Of a stretch of 64,000 bases of DNA, positions 1-10,535 are shown piece after piece (positions within the stretch are counted from its first letter, which is position 1; every line of letters starts with the position of its first letter). The stretch comes from Dehalococcoidia bacterium. GTDB lineage: Bacteria; Chloroflexota; Dehalococcoidia; UBA2979. The stretch is from assembly GCA_965200555.1 (NCBI GenBank), contig OZ241365.1:371719-435718 (forward strand), given 5' to 3'. The notes under the pieces were generated by a model, which did no database searches, was not told the origin of the DNA, and was given only the letters and a program-made list of their open reading frames with translations. The position numbers and the translations under genes are program-made.

Positions 1-647
1 GCGCGGCCGCCGGCCGACGAGGCGGCGGAGGGCGGGGGATCGCCGTCGGGGCGCAGGCCGTAGTCCTCGGGCCGGTGGCGCACGAGCTGGGCGGCGGGCA
101 GGCCGACGACGAGCACGATCGCGGCCGAGACGAGCGCGGTGCCGCGCCAGCCGATCTCCTCGATCAGCAGCGCGATCACGGGCGCCGCGAGGCCGCCGCC
201 GGCCACCCCGATCAGCGCGATGCCGACGGCCAGCGTGCGCCGCCGCACGAACCAGTTGACGACGGCGGTCGTGACCGAGAGGAAGCCGGCCAGCGCCGCG
301 CCGATCGCCATCAGCAGGAAGGTCACGTAGAAGGTCAGCAGCGAGTTCATCGCGCTGAACGCGACGAAGCCGAGCGCGAACAGCACGACGCCGACGCGCA
401 TCACCGCGCGCGGCCCGAAGCGGTCGATCATCCAGCCCTGCACCGGGCCGAGCAGGCCGTCCTCGACGCGCGCGAGCGAGAACGCGATCGAGAGCCGCGT
501 GCGGTTCCAGCCGAACTGCTGCTCGAACTCGACGACGTAGATGCCGAAGGGGTGGAACAGCAGCGCGCCGACCGTCGCCTGCACCGCGAAGCCCGCGGCG
601 ACGACCCACCACCCGTAAAAGACGTTGCGCGGCGACGGCAGTCTCAT
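1..647 (-). CDS. MFS transporter (3' end runs off the window)
   Basis: Not in the ORF track. Manual translation from ATG 647 gives MRLPSPRNVFYGWWVVAAGF...FGWNRTRLS...GWMIDRFGPR (MFS motif A) with alternating hydrophobic segments. Confidence 0.85.
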   Translation of the reverse strand, partial: MRLPSPRNVFYGWWVVAAGFAVQATVGALLFHPFGIYVVEFEQQFGWNRTRLSIAFSLARVEDGLLGPVQGWMIDRFGPRAVMRVGVVLFALGFVAFSAMNSLLTFYVTFLLMAIGAALAGFLSVTTAVVNWFVRRRTLAVGIALIGVAGGGLAAPVIALLIEEIGWRGTALVSAAIVLVVGLPAAQLVRHRPEDYGLRPDGDPPPSAASSAGGR

Positions 648-806
648 CCGGTCGTGCTCCGCTCGGTGCGCGGGGTGCGTCGATGCGCGGGGGGCTGAGC
701 CTACAGCCTCGCGCGCTGTGGGCCAGCGACGCCGCCGCGCGCGGCCTCGCGGTCCTCGCCGCCTCGCGCCGGGGCGTATCATCGCCGCGCGCGAGGGGAG
801 GCGGCG

Positions 807-1202
807 ATGCGGAGCGACGACGCGAGGCGCGTGCTCGACGCGGCGAAGGCGCGCGCGCGGGACATGGGCAAGGCGGTGACGATCATCGTCGTCGACGCGG
901 CGGGGCTGCCGGTGGTGCTCGAACGGGTCGACGACGCGGCGGCGTTCACCGCGGTGGTGGCCGAGGGCAAGGCCAGCGCGAGCGCCTTCATGGGCCGCGA
1001 CTCCGCCGAGCTGCAGGGCATGGCCGAGCGCTTCCCGGCGCTCGTCGCCGGCTTCGCGACGCGCCTCGGCGGGCGCTTCGTCGCCCTCCGGGGCGGCGTC
1101 GTGCTGCGCGAGGACGGCGCGGTCGCGGGCGCCGTCGGCGTCTCCGGCGCCACCGCCGAGGAGGACGAGGAGATCGCCCGCGCCGGCGCCGGCGCGCTGT
1201 AG
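807..1202 (+). CDS. Heme-binding protein, GlcG/HbpS family
   Basis: AVTIIVVDAAG, AEGKASAS, GGVVL...GAVGVSGATAEEDEEIARAG motifs. Confidence 0.85.
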   Translation: MRSDDARRVLDAAKARARDMGKAVTIIVVDAAGLPVVLERVDDAAAFTAVVAEGKASASAFMGRDSAELQGMAERFPALVAGFATRLGGRFVALRGGVVLREDGAVAGAVGVSGATAEEDEEIARAGAGAL

Positions 1203-1229
1203 CCGGCGCCGTGCTGGCGGCGCCCGAGG

Positions 1230-2521
<1,292 letters not shown>

Positions 2522-2525
<4 letters not shown>

Positions 2526-3016
2526 CGCGGATCGCCTTCGCCCGCTCCGCTGACCGAGAGCGCCATCGCTTGCTTCTGCGTCTCCTGAGTGTGGCGCAGC
2601 CCCACGCGGACTACTTCCGGCAGATCGACCACCCTGACTTCAATGCCCGCAGCGTCCAACGCCTGCGCCCTCCAGCCTTTTCCGCAGAAGGGCGCCGCTG
2701 CCCGATCGTCGGCGAACGCGAGCATGAGCCGGGGCTTCGGCTGCCCAACGCCTTTGAAGATGGAACGCGCGTAGATCAGCTTGAAAGCGTCGTTCATCAC
2801 CTTGTGGTACTGACCGCCCCGAGGCGGCCCTTGATGCGCCCAGGCTTCCACGAGGATCGGAGGGGACTGGCTCACGCCATCGATTTCCATCGCTCCGATC
2901 CTGTCGTCGATGGCGAGAGTGCAGTCGAGTTCATCTCCCAGCCGTTCGAGCATCATCATCTGCGCCTCGCGCTGCACGCTGCTGTCGCTGCCGTGCGGCG
3001 CGCGCTGCTCAGTCAT
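2522..3016 (-). CDS. Hypothetical protein, possible PD-(D/E)xK nuclease-like fold
   Basis: Lower-GC ORF overlapping both neighbours; EIDGVS...ILVEAWAH...KVMNDAFKL pattern. Confidence 0.6.
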
Positions 3017-3347
3017 CGGCGAAGTCCTCGCGGACGGGGGAGAAGGCCTCGATCAGCGTGACCGCTTCGAGGGCGAGGGCGCGGTGGGGGAGGGCGCCGG
3101 GGATGAGGTAGGCGTCGCCGGGGCCGAACTCGTGCTCCTCGCCGCCGAGGCGGAAGCGCACGCGCCCCTCGGCGACGCGCCCGGCCTGCTCGTGCGGGTG
3201 CTCGTGCTCCGGCACCTCCGCGCCCTCGGCGATGCGGATCTCGACGAGCGTCAGCCGCTCGCCGGAGACGAGCGTGCGGCGCGTCACGCCCGGGAACTGC
3301 TCCACCGGCCGCTGCTCGACGCGGCGGCGCGTCCTCGCCCCGGTCAT
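3009..3347 (-). CDS. Cupin domain protein
   Basis: PEHEHPHEQ...GDAYLIPGALPH cupin motifs; ends FSPVREDF. Confidence 0.9.
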   Translation of the reverse strand: MTGARTRRRVEQRPVEQFPGVTRRTLVSGERLTLVEIRIAEGAEVPEHEHPHEQAGRVAEGRVRFRLGGEEHEFGPGDAYLIPGALPHRALALEAVTLIEAFSPVREDFADD

Positions 3348-3368
3348 GGCGTCGCCTCCCGGCGCGGC

Positions 3369-3860
3369 TCAGCGCCGCGCCTGCTCCTCGCGGTACGCGG
3401 CGAGGGCGTCCGCGATCGCGGGGTGCTTCAGCGCGAGGATACGCGCCGCGAACACCGCCGCGTTGCGCGCGCCCCAGCCGCCCACGGCCATCGCCGCCAC
3501 CGGCACGCCCGGCGGCATCTGCGCGATCGCGTGCAGCGCGTCCACGCCCCCCAGTTCCGAGGACGCCAGCGGCACCCCGATCACCGGCAGGGGCGTGTAG
3601 GCGGCGACCACGCCGGGCAGCGCCGCGGCGCCGCCCGCGCCCGCCACGATCACCTCGACGCCGGCGTCCGCCGCGCCCAGCGCGTAGGCGCGCACCGCGT
3701 CCGGGGTGCGGTGCGCCGACATCACCCGCTGATCGTAGGCCACGCCGAGGCGCTCCAGCAGCTCGCCGCAGCCCGCCATCGCCTCCTCGTCGGAGCGCGA
3801 TCCCATGAGCACGGCGACCAGCGGCGCAGCGCCCGCGGCGTCCCGCGCGTTCGTCGTCAT
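3369..3860 (-). CDS. purE: N5-CAIR mutase
   Basis: MGSRSD, SAHRTP, AGAGGAAALPG, PVIGVP, QMPPGVPVA. Confidence 0.97.
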   Translation of the reverse strand: MTTNARDAAGAAPLVAVLMGSRSDEEAMAGCGELLERLGVAYDQRVMSAHRTPDAVRAYALGAADAGVEVIVAGAGGAAALPGVVAAYTPLPVIGVPLASSELGGVDALHAIAQMPPGVPVAAMAVGGWGARNAAVFAARILALKHPAIADALAAYREEQARR

Positions 3861-3893
3861 CGCGTCCTCCTCACGCCGTCCGCCGCGGCCCGC

Positions 3894-4304
3894 CTATGCC
3901 GGCCGCATCGCGCCGCCGCCGAGCATGGGGTCGGGGCCGGCGATGATCTGCGCGAGGTCGCGGCAGGCGGCGGCGCGCTCGTGGCGGTCGCCGAAGGCCG
4001 CGCCGCCTGCGCCCGCCTCGGTCACGTGCAGGCGCTCCCGCACCACCGCGGCGAGGCTGGCGGCGTCGGCCTCGCGGATGCGGCGCCGCACCTCGGCGTC
4101 GCGCACGCGCAGGTTGCGGATCGTGAACTCGCGCTCCCCGTCGAGGCTCGCCACCACCGCGTCCACCATCCCGCCGGGGCTGCTCCAGGCCGCCACGAAG
4201 TGGATGCACGGCTCGCTGACGCGCGTCGCCGTCGTCGAGAAGAACTCCGACTCCAGCGCGCGGCGGCACTCCGGCATCGGGCAGCGCAGCGGCGAGGCGC
4301 TCAC
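3894..4304 (-). CDS. Hypothetical protein with CxxxxC...CxH motif
   Basis: GTG overlaps the purD stop (GTGA); VSASPLRCPMPEC...EPCIHF; host-like codon usage. Confidence 0.65.
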   Translation of the reverse strand: MSASPLRCPMPECRRALESEFFSTTATRVSEPCIHFVAAWSSPGGMVDAVVASLDGEREFTIRNLRVRDAEVRRRIREADAASLAAVVRERLHVTEAGAGGAAFGDRHERAAACRDLAQIIAGPDPMLGGGAMRPA

Positions 4305-5602
4305 CGCGCCCCTCCGTCCGCCGCCGCGTCCGCGGCGATGTCGGTGCGGTAGTGCGCCCCCTCGAACGAGATGCGCGCCACGTTGTCGTAGGCGCGCGCG
4401 CGCGCCTCGGCCAGCGTCGGCGCCTTCGCGACGACGCAGAGCACGCGCCCGCCCGCCGTCCGCAGCGCGCCGTCCGCGTCTCGCCGCGCCCCAGCGAGGA
4501 ACACCTCCACGCCGCCGTCCGCGTCCACGTCCCCGACGCCCTCGATCCTCGCGCCCGTCGCGTACTCGCCCGGGTAGCCGCCCGCGGCCATCACCACGCC
4601 GACCGTGGCGTCGTCGTCCCACTCGACCCCGGCCCCGGCGAGGCGGCCGCCGGCGGCGGCCTCGCAGATCGCGAGCAGGTCGGAGCGCAGGCGCGGCAGC
4701 AGCGCCTGCGCCTCGGGGTCGCCGAAGCGGCAGTTGAACTCGATCGCCATCGGTCCGTCCGCGGTCAGCATCATGCCCGGATAGAGTACCCCGCGGTACT
4801 CGCGTCCGGCGGCGGCGAGGGCGGCGACGGCGCGCTCCGTCGTCTCGCGCTCGATCGTGCGCGCGTCGGCCTCCGTCAGCCACGCGGGCGGCGAGTAGAC
4901 GCCCATGCCGCCGGTGTTGGGGCCGCGGTCGCCGTCGAAGGCCGGCTTGTGGTCGCAGCTGAACGGCATGTGCGCCACCGCCGAGCCGTCGGTGAAGGCG
5001 TGCGCCGAGGTCTCCCGCCCGCGCAGCCGCCGCTCGACCAGCACCCGCCGCCCCGCCGCCCCGAACGCCCCCGCGACCATCGCCGCCTCGATCGCGTCGA
5101 GGGCCTGCGCCGCCGAGCCGCAGACGGTGACGCCCTTGCCCGCGGCGAGGCCGTCGGCCTTGACGACGCACGCGCCGCCGCCGGGGAGGCCGAGCACGTG
5201 CGCGCGGGCGGCCTCGGGGTCGTCGAACGCGGCGGCGGGGGCGGTGGCGATGCCGGCCTCGGCCATCAGCCGCTTGGCGAACGACTTCGAGGCCTCGATC
5301 TCCGCGCCCGCGCGCGAGGGGCCGAACACCGGCACGCCCTCGGCGCGCAGGGCGTCGGCGACGCCCGCCGCGAGCGGCGCCTCCGGCCCCACCACCACGA
5401 GGTCGGCGCGCATCCGCGCCGCCGCCGCGGCGACCGCGCGCGGATCGGCGGCGTCGAGCGCCTCGAGGTTCTCGCCGTACGCCTCGGTCCCCGCGTTGCC
5501 GGGGGCGACGGCGAGCGCGCCGAGGCGCGGCGAGCGCGCCAGCCGCGAGGCGAGCGCGTGCTCGCGCCCCCCCCCGCCGAGCAGCAGCACGTTCAGCGCC
5601 AT
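4301..5602 (-). CDS. purD: Phosphoribosylamine-glycine ligase
   Basis: GGGGREHAL, VVGPEAPL, VKADGLAAGKGV, GPNTGGMG, EFNCRFGDPE. Confidence 0.98.
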   Translation of the reverse strand: MALNVLLLGGGGREHALASRLARSPRLGALAVAPGNAGTEAYGENLEALDAADPRAVAAAAARMRADLVVVGPEAPLAAGVADALRAEGVPVFGPSRAGAEIEASKSFAKRLMAEAGIATAPAAAFDDPEAARAHVLGLPGGGACVVKADGLAAGKGVTVCGSAAQALDAIEAAMVAGAFGAAGRRVLVERRLRGRETSAHAFTDGSAVAHMPFSCDHKPAFDGDRGPNTGGMGVYSPPAWLTEADARTIERETTERAVAALAAAGREYRGVLYPGMMLTADGPMAIEFNCRFGDPEAQALLPRLRSDLLAICEAAAGGRLAGAGVEWDDDATVGVVMAAGGYPGEYATGARIEGVGDVDADGGVEVFLAGARRDADGALRTAGGRVLCVVAKAPTLAEARARAYDNVARISFEGAHYRTDIAADAAADGGAR

Positions 5603-6402
5603 GTGCCGATACCTGCATGTCCCAGCAGACTGCGGCGTCCATGGTGCTTGACGCGCTGCTCAAAGAAATTCAAAACCTCGTCGTTTCGTCCCCAATTTTC
5701 TTGGTTGAGGCCGGGGAGAGCAAAGACGAATCGAGGCCAGCCACTACCCTTTCGAGCTTCGCGGAATCTGAAGTTGGCGCTCTGCGGTTTACCCTCGTCC
5801 AGGTCCCACTCACAGTGCGGCGGATTTCCCAACCTTCGCATGAGGCGCTTCCATTCAGGTTGCGAACTGGCAATGAGGATCAATACGCGTGGCTTGGCGA
5901 TGTCGATGAGCCGATAACCGATGTTCCGGCCGAACGTCTTCGGCTCAGGCGTGAGGGTGTTGGCCGTTTCGGACCTGAAGGGGATGAGGTTGCCGGTCGG
6001 GCTGTTGCGGAGGAGCGGTTCCACCCGCTGTTGGCTACCGCTGACGATCTCCGCCACCCGCTGAACCGCGAGTTGCGTGTTGTGCTGACCCGGCTGCCCA
6101 TTCCACACATCATCGAGGTACGACGACCACCCCGGGCGCTCGAAGGGACTGGATGCCTCATACATCTCGGATCGGGTGTGGTCGCCGCCGGGATTCGTTC
6201 CGATGATCATGACGCCACCGGGCTGCTCGAACGTTTCAGCGGAGGAGAAAGCGAGCAGGAAGTTGGGGTATCTCCTTTTCGCGGGATTTCCGAAGGGAAC
6301 CCATTTCGGATCACCGCTGTACCTGTGGCAGAACGCCTCGCACTCCTTGTTCAGGTCCTTCAGCTGCGCGCGCACCGAGGGCGTCATGCCCACTGCTCCC
6401 AT
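5593..6402 (-). CDS. Hypothetical protein, uracil-DNA-glycosylase-superfamily-like motifs
   Basis: Lower GC; VMIIGTNPGG, GNLIPFRS, IAKPRVLILI resemble UDG-superfamily motifs. Start may be ATG 6387. Confidence 0.55.
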   Translation of the reverse strand: MGAVGMTPSVRAQLKDLNKECEAFCHRYSGDPKWVPFGNPAKRRYPNFLLAFSSAETFEQPGGVMIIGTNPGGDHTRSEMYEASSPFERPGWSSYLDDVWNGQPGQHNTQLAVQRVAEIVSGSQQRVEPLLRNSPTGNLIPFRSETANTLTPEPKTFGRNIGYRLIDIAKPRVLILIASSQPEWKRLMRRLGNPPHCEWDLDEGKPQSANFRFREARKGSGWPRFVFALPGLNQENWGRNDEVLNFFEQRVKHHGRRSLLGHAGIGTWR

Positions 6403-6430
6403 CCGCCGAAGCGCTCGCGCGCGGCGAGCG

Positions 6431-6841
6431 TCATGCGATCCAGTTCTCGACTTCGAGGCCGGGCACGCGGCCGAAGTGCCGTTCGTTGCCCGTGACCACG
6501 GTGAGGCCGTACGCGAGCGCCGTCGCCGCGATCAGCGTGTCCATGTCGCCGATCGGCGCGCCGGCGGTTTCGAGGTGGGCGTAGACGTAACCGTAGGACT
6601 CGGCGCACGCGGCGTCGAACGCCAGGATCGTGAAGCCGCCGAACAGTTCGCCGCGGATGCTCGCGAACAACGCCTCGGAGCGCGCGCGGTTGCGGTGCGC
6701 GCCGCCCAGCGGCTCGGCGATCACGATGCTGGACGTGGCCCGATCCGCGCGCGGCGTCGCCGCGACGCGCCGCACCAGCCCGGACGGCGGCCTGCGCGCG
6801 ATGAGCCCGCTCAGCGAGTCGGTGTCGAACAGGTACTTCAG
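6431..6841 (-). CDS. vapC: VapC/PIN-domain toxin
   Basis: Frame extends beyond the track ORF to (L)KYLFDTD (CTG overlapping the antitoxin stop); DTLIAATALAYGLTVVTGNERHF...GLEVENW. Confidence 0.9.
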   Translation of the reverse strand: MKYLFDTDSLSGLIARRPPSGLVRRVAATPRADRATSSIVIAEPLGGAHRNRARSEALFASIRGELFGGFTILAFDAACAESYGYVYAHLETAGAPIGDMDTLIAATALAYGLTVVTGNERHFGRVPGLEVENWIA

Positions 6842-7134
6842 GACGCGACGGCCCGCTCGGCGCCGCTGCGCGCCGCGCGCACGTGGGTCAGGAACTCTTC
6901 CGCGACATCGTCCGGCAAGCCGCCGAGAATCCCGATGAGCGCCGAGATGGTGTCGGGCGCCTCGCGATCGGGGTAGTGCTGTTCGAGCCTCCAGAGGTCG
7001 GCGACGCTGACGAGCGCGGCCACGTCGCGCCCCTCGAGCACGATCGCGTACCGCTCGCCGTAGCGCAGCCCGCGCTCCGGCAGCGCCGCCAGCGTGTCCG
7101 GCACGGCGGCCTCGTCGAGGTGCTTCACGGCCAT
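6838..7134 (-). CDS. Type II antitoxin, Phd/YefM-like (VapB partner)
   Basis: GERYAIVLEGRDVAALVSVADL Phd-like motif; lies directly upstream of and overlaps vapC. Confidence 0.75.
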   Translation of the reverse strand: MAVKHLDEAAVPDTLAALPERGLRYGERYAIVLEGRDVAALVSVADLWRLEQHYPDREAPDTISALIGILGGLPDDVAEEFLTHVRAARSGAERAVAS

Positions 7135-7165
7135 GGGCGCCTCCTCGCGGTCAGGGTAGCACGCC

Positions 7166-8869
7166 TCACTCCCACTCGATGGTGCCGGGGGGCTTGGAGG
7201 TGATGTCGTACACCACGCGGTTGACCTCGGGCACCTCGTTGACGATGCGGCGCGAGATGGCGGCGAGGAGGTCGTAGGGGAGGCGCGCCCAGTCCGCCGT
7301 CATCGCGTCCTCGGCGGTCACGCAGCGCAGCGCCACGCAGTAGCCGTAGGTGCGGCCGTCGCCCTGCACGCCGACCGTGCGCGAGTCGGTCAGCACCGCG
7401 AACGACTGCCACAGGTCGTAGTACATCGCCGCGCCCTTGATCTCGTCCATCACGATCCAGTCGGCGCGGCGCAGGATGTCGAGCTTCGCGCGCGTGACCT
7501 CGCCGATCACGCGGATCGCGAGGCCGGGGCCGGGGTAGGGCTGGCGGTGCACCATCTCGTCGGGCAGCCCCAGCTCCGAGCCGACGCGCCGCACCTCGTC
7601 CTTGAAGAGGTTGCGGAGCGGCTCGATCAGGCCCAGCCGCATGTCCTTCGGCAGCCCGCCGACGTTGTGGTGCGTCTTGATCTTCGCCGTCGCGTCCGTG
7701 CCGCTCGAGGCCGACTCGATGACGTCGGGGTAGGTGGTGCCCTGCACGATCCAGCCGACCTCGCCGATGCCGCGCGCCTGCTCCTCGAACACGCGGATGA
7801 AGGTCTCGCCGATGCGGATGCGCTTGGTCTCCGGGTCGGCGACGCCGGCGAGGCCGTCGAGGAAGCGGTCGCCGGCCTCGACGTGGCGGAGGTCGATCGC
7901 CATGTGGCCGCGGAAGGCGCCGACGACGCGCTCCGGCTCCTCGGCGCGCATCAGGCCGTTGTCGACGAAGATGCACGTCAGCTGGTCGCCGACGGCGGCG
8001 TGCACGAGGCTGGCCGCGACCGCCGAGTCGACGCCGCCGGAGAGGGCGCAGATCACGCGCCCGCCGCCGACCTGCTCCCCGATCGTCCGCACCGACTCGC
8101 CGATGAAGGAGGCGGCGGTCCAGTCGCCGGCGCAGCCCGCGACGCCGAACAGGAAGTTACGCAGCAGCTGCGCGCCCTGCGGCGTGTGCGCGACCTCGGG
8201 GTGGAACTGGATGCCGAGGCAGCCCGCGTCGTTGGCCATCGCCGCGATCGGGGAGTCCTCGGAGTGGGCGACGGCGCGGAAGCCGGGGGGTAGTTCGGCG
8301 ATGCGGTCGGAGTGCGACATCCAGACGGGCATCGAGGGCGGCAGCTCGCGCAGCAGCGCGTGGCCCGGCTCGGAGAGCGTGAGCACCGCGTGGCCGTACT
8401 CGCGCCGCGAGGCGGGCGCCACGCGCCCGCCCAGCGCCTGCGCCAGCAGCTGCATCCCGTAGCAGACGCCGAGCACCGGCAACCCCGAGGCGATGACATA
8501 AGGCGGGAGCGTCGGCGCGCCCTCGTCGTAGACGGAGGCGGGGCCGCCGGAGAGCACGAAGCCCTTGACGCGGAGGTGGGAGAGGCGTTCGGGCGGGGTG
8601 TCCCAGGGCGCCAGCTCGGAGTAGACGCCGGCCTCGCGGATGCGGCGCGCGATCAGCATCGAGTACTGGGAGCCGTAGTCGAGCACGACGACGGCCTCGG
8701 GCGCGTTGGGGGCGGGGGCGAGCAGCTGGCCCGGGGCGCGCGCCTCGGCGATTTCGAGGTAGGCGCCGACCTCGCTGTCGCCGGACGGGCGGGTGCGGCC
8801 GCCCGCGGAAGCGGGGGGAGCCGCCGGCGGGGCGGCGGCGCTGGCCTCCGTGCTGGCCTCGGCCATCAA
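7166..8869 (-). CDS. guaA: GMP synthase (glutamine-hydrolysing)
   Basis: [46 protein letters not shown]. Confidence 0.98.
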   Translation of the reverse strand: MMAEASTEASAAAPPAAPPASAGGRTRPSGDSEVGAYLEIAEARAPGQLLAPAPNAPEAVVVLDYGSQYSMLIARRIREAGVYSELAPWDTPPERLSHLRVKGFVLSGGPASVYDEGAPTLPPYVIASGLPVLGVCYGMQLLAQALGGRVAPASRREYGHAVLTLSEPGHALLRELPPSMPVWMSHSDRIAELPPGFRAVAHSEDSPIAAMANDAGCLGIQFHPEVAHTPQGAQLLRNFLFGVAGCAGDWTAASFIGESVRTIGEQVGGGRVICALSGGVDSAVAASLVHAAVGDQLTCIFVDNGLMRAEEPERVVGAFRGHMAIDLRHVEAGDRFLDGLAGVADPETKRIRIGETFIRVFEEQARGIGEVGWIVQGTTYPDVIESASSGTDATAKIKTHHNVGGLPKDMRLGLIEPLRNLFKDEVRRVGSELGLPDEMVHRQPYPGPGLAIRVIGEVTRAKLDILRRADWIVMDEIKGAAMYYDLWQSFAVLTDSRTVGVQGDGRTYGYCVALRCVTAEDAMTADWARLPYDLLAAISRRIVNEVPEVNRVVYDITSKPPGTIEWE

Positions 8870-8963
8870 GCCCTCAGGCCCCGCCGGGGAGGGCGGGGGC
8901 GCGATCGTAGCCGCGCGCTATAGTCCGGTCAACGAACGGCGGGCGGCGCGAGGGACGGAGCCG

Positions 8964-9575
8964 ATGCCCGTACTCGGACCGGAGCGCGCGGACGAGGTGG
9001 TGCGCGCGCTGCGCGCGGGCGGCCTCGCCGCCATCCCCACCGACACCGTGTACGGCGTCGCGGCGATGCCGGGCGACGCCGGGGCGGTGCGCGCCCTCGC
9101 CGCCCTCAAGGGGCGCCCCGGCGAGCAGCCGATCGCGGTGCTGTTCGACGACCTCGAGGCGGTCGCGCCGCACGTCGAGGACGCCGCGCAGCTGGCGCGG
9201 CTGGCGCGCTTCTGGCCCGGCGCGCTGACGGCGGTGGTGCGGGCGCGCGGCGGCTTCGCCGTGGCCGCGCTGACCCCCGGCGGCACGCTCGGCCTGCGCC
9301 AGCCCGACGACGCCCTCGCGCGGCGCGTGCTGCGCGCCTGCGGCGGGGCGCTCGCCGTCAGCAGCGCCAACCGCACGGGCGAGCCGCCCGCGCTCAGCGC
9401 CGCCGAGGCCGACGCCGCGTTCGGCGGCGCGCTGCCCGTGCTCGACGGCGGCGCGCGCCCCGGCGGCGCCGCCTCGACCGTCGTCGACGTCAGCGCCGTC
9501 CCGCCGGCCGTGCTGCGCGAGGGCCCGATCGACGCCCGCGCCGTCCTCGCCGCGCTCGCGGATGGCGTGGAGTAG
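8964..9575 (+). CDS. tsaC: L-threonylcarbamoyladenylate synthase (Sua5/TsaC)
   Basis: AIPTDTVYG, LKGRP, FWPGALT, SSANRTG, ASTVVD; ATG 8964 follows GGAG. Confidence 0.92.
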   Translation: MPVLGPERADEVVRALRAGGLAAIPTDTVYGVAAMPGDAGAVRALAALKGRPGEQPIAVLFDDLEAVAPHVEDAAQLARLARFWPGALTAVVRARGGFAVAALTPGGTLGLRQPDDALARRVLRACGGALAVSSANRTGEPPALSAAEADAAFGGALPVLDGGARPGGAASTVVDVSAVPPAVLREGPIDARAVLAALADGVE

Positions 9576-9576
9576 G

Positions 9577-9867
9577 CTACGACGGCTCGGCGGCGGGATC
9601 GCGCACGAGCAGGAGCCTCGTGATCTCGATGTCGCTGCCCGCCTCGCGCATCCCGATCAGCAGCGGCTGCATCAGCAGCAACCACTCGCCGGGTCGGCCG
9701 CCCGTGTCCGATCTGCCTGCGTAGAGGCGAACGCGCCCCGGCTCCCTCAGCAGCGTCCCGATCGCTCGTTGGAGCAGGGAGCGTTCGGTGGGCGACAGAC
9801 GCTCATACTGGGCATCGGCGGGCGGGATCGGAATGATGCGGCGGTCGCCAGCGCGAAAGGCCTCCAC
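9577..9867 (-). CDS. Putative toxin (RelE/ParE-like N-terminal pattern) downstream of Panacea antitoxin
   Basis: 96 aa, lower GC; ADAQYERLSPTERSLLQRAIGTLLREP; starts 7 bp after the antitoxin stop. Confidence 0.5.
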   Translation of the reverse strand: MEAFRAGDRRIIPIPPADAQYERLSPTERSLLQRAIGTLLREPGRVRLYAGRSDTGGRPGEWLLLMQPLLIGMREAGSDIEITRLLLVRDPAAEPS

Positions 9868-9874
9868 GCGGTGG

Positions 9875-10423
9875 TCAGCGCGCTGTCGGCAGCGGCGGCA
9901 GCACGCCGGCCGCGACGTCCTCGAGCGGGCCGAGGTCGATGACCGGCTCGATCGGGGGGAACTCGGCGGCTTCGGCGAGGACGCCGAGGCGGTCGCGGTA
10001 GTAGAGCCGCATCTGCTCGTGCGCGATCGCGTCGTCGCCGCCGTCGCCGGCGCGCTCCCACGCCTGCCGCCACGGCTCTTCGCCGTGCGTGCGGCGCACC
10101 AGCTCGAAGCTCGACAGCTCGCGGAAGCGCTCGTGCACCAGCTCGATCACGTCCCGCTGGCGGGCGGTGAAGACATCGGCGGCGGGGGCGTCCGGCGGCG
10201 GAATGTCGCCTCGGCGATGCTGATACCGGCGCCACAGATGGGGCGAGACGGGGCCGTACCGCCAGGCGCGGATCGGCTCGCCGAACAGCGGCTCGCCCTC
10301 GCAGCCGAGGTGGAACGCCTGCGCGTAGTAGACCAGCTTCTGCAGCTTGAGGTGGCTGAGGCCGGCGCCGTCGCGATCGGCGAGCCGCAGCAGCTCGTCC
10401 GCCACGTCGTGTACGGTCGGCAT
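9875..10423 (-). CDS. Panacea (DUF4065/SocA-like) antitoxin
   Basis: MPTVHDVAD...LSHLKLQKLVYYAQ...LFGEPIRAWRYGPV...LVRRTHGEEPW. Confidence 0.92.
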   Translation of the reverse strand: MPTVHDVADELLRLADRDGAGLSHLKLQKLVYYAQAFHLGCEGEPLFGEPIRAWRYGPVSPHLWRRYQHRRGDIPPPDAPAADVFTARQRDVIELVHERFRELSSFELVRRTHGEEPWRQAWERAGDGGDDAIAHEQMRLYYRDRLGVLAEAAEFPPIEPVIDLGPLEDVAAGVLPPLPTAR

Positions 10424-10535
10424 ACGCCTGCTCCCCAAGTGTCCGCTTTCAGCATACCCGCGCACGCAAGTTCGCACGAGGGGCGCACGCGCGGGGGCGT
10501 CGGCCCGTTCGCCGCCGGTCGGGTAGGATCGCGGC

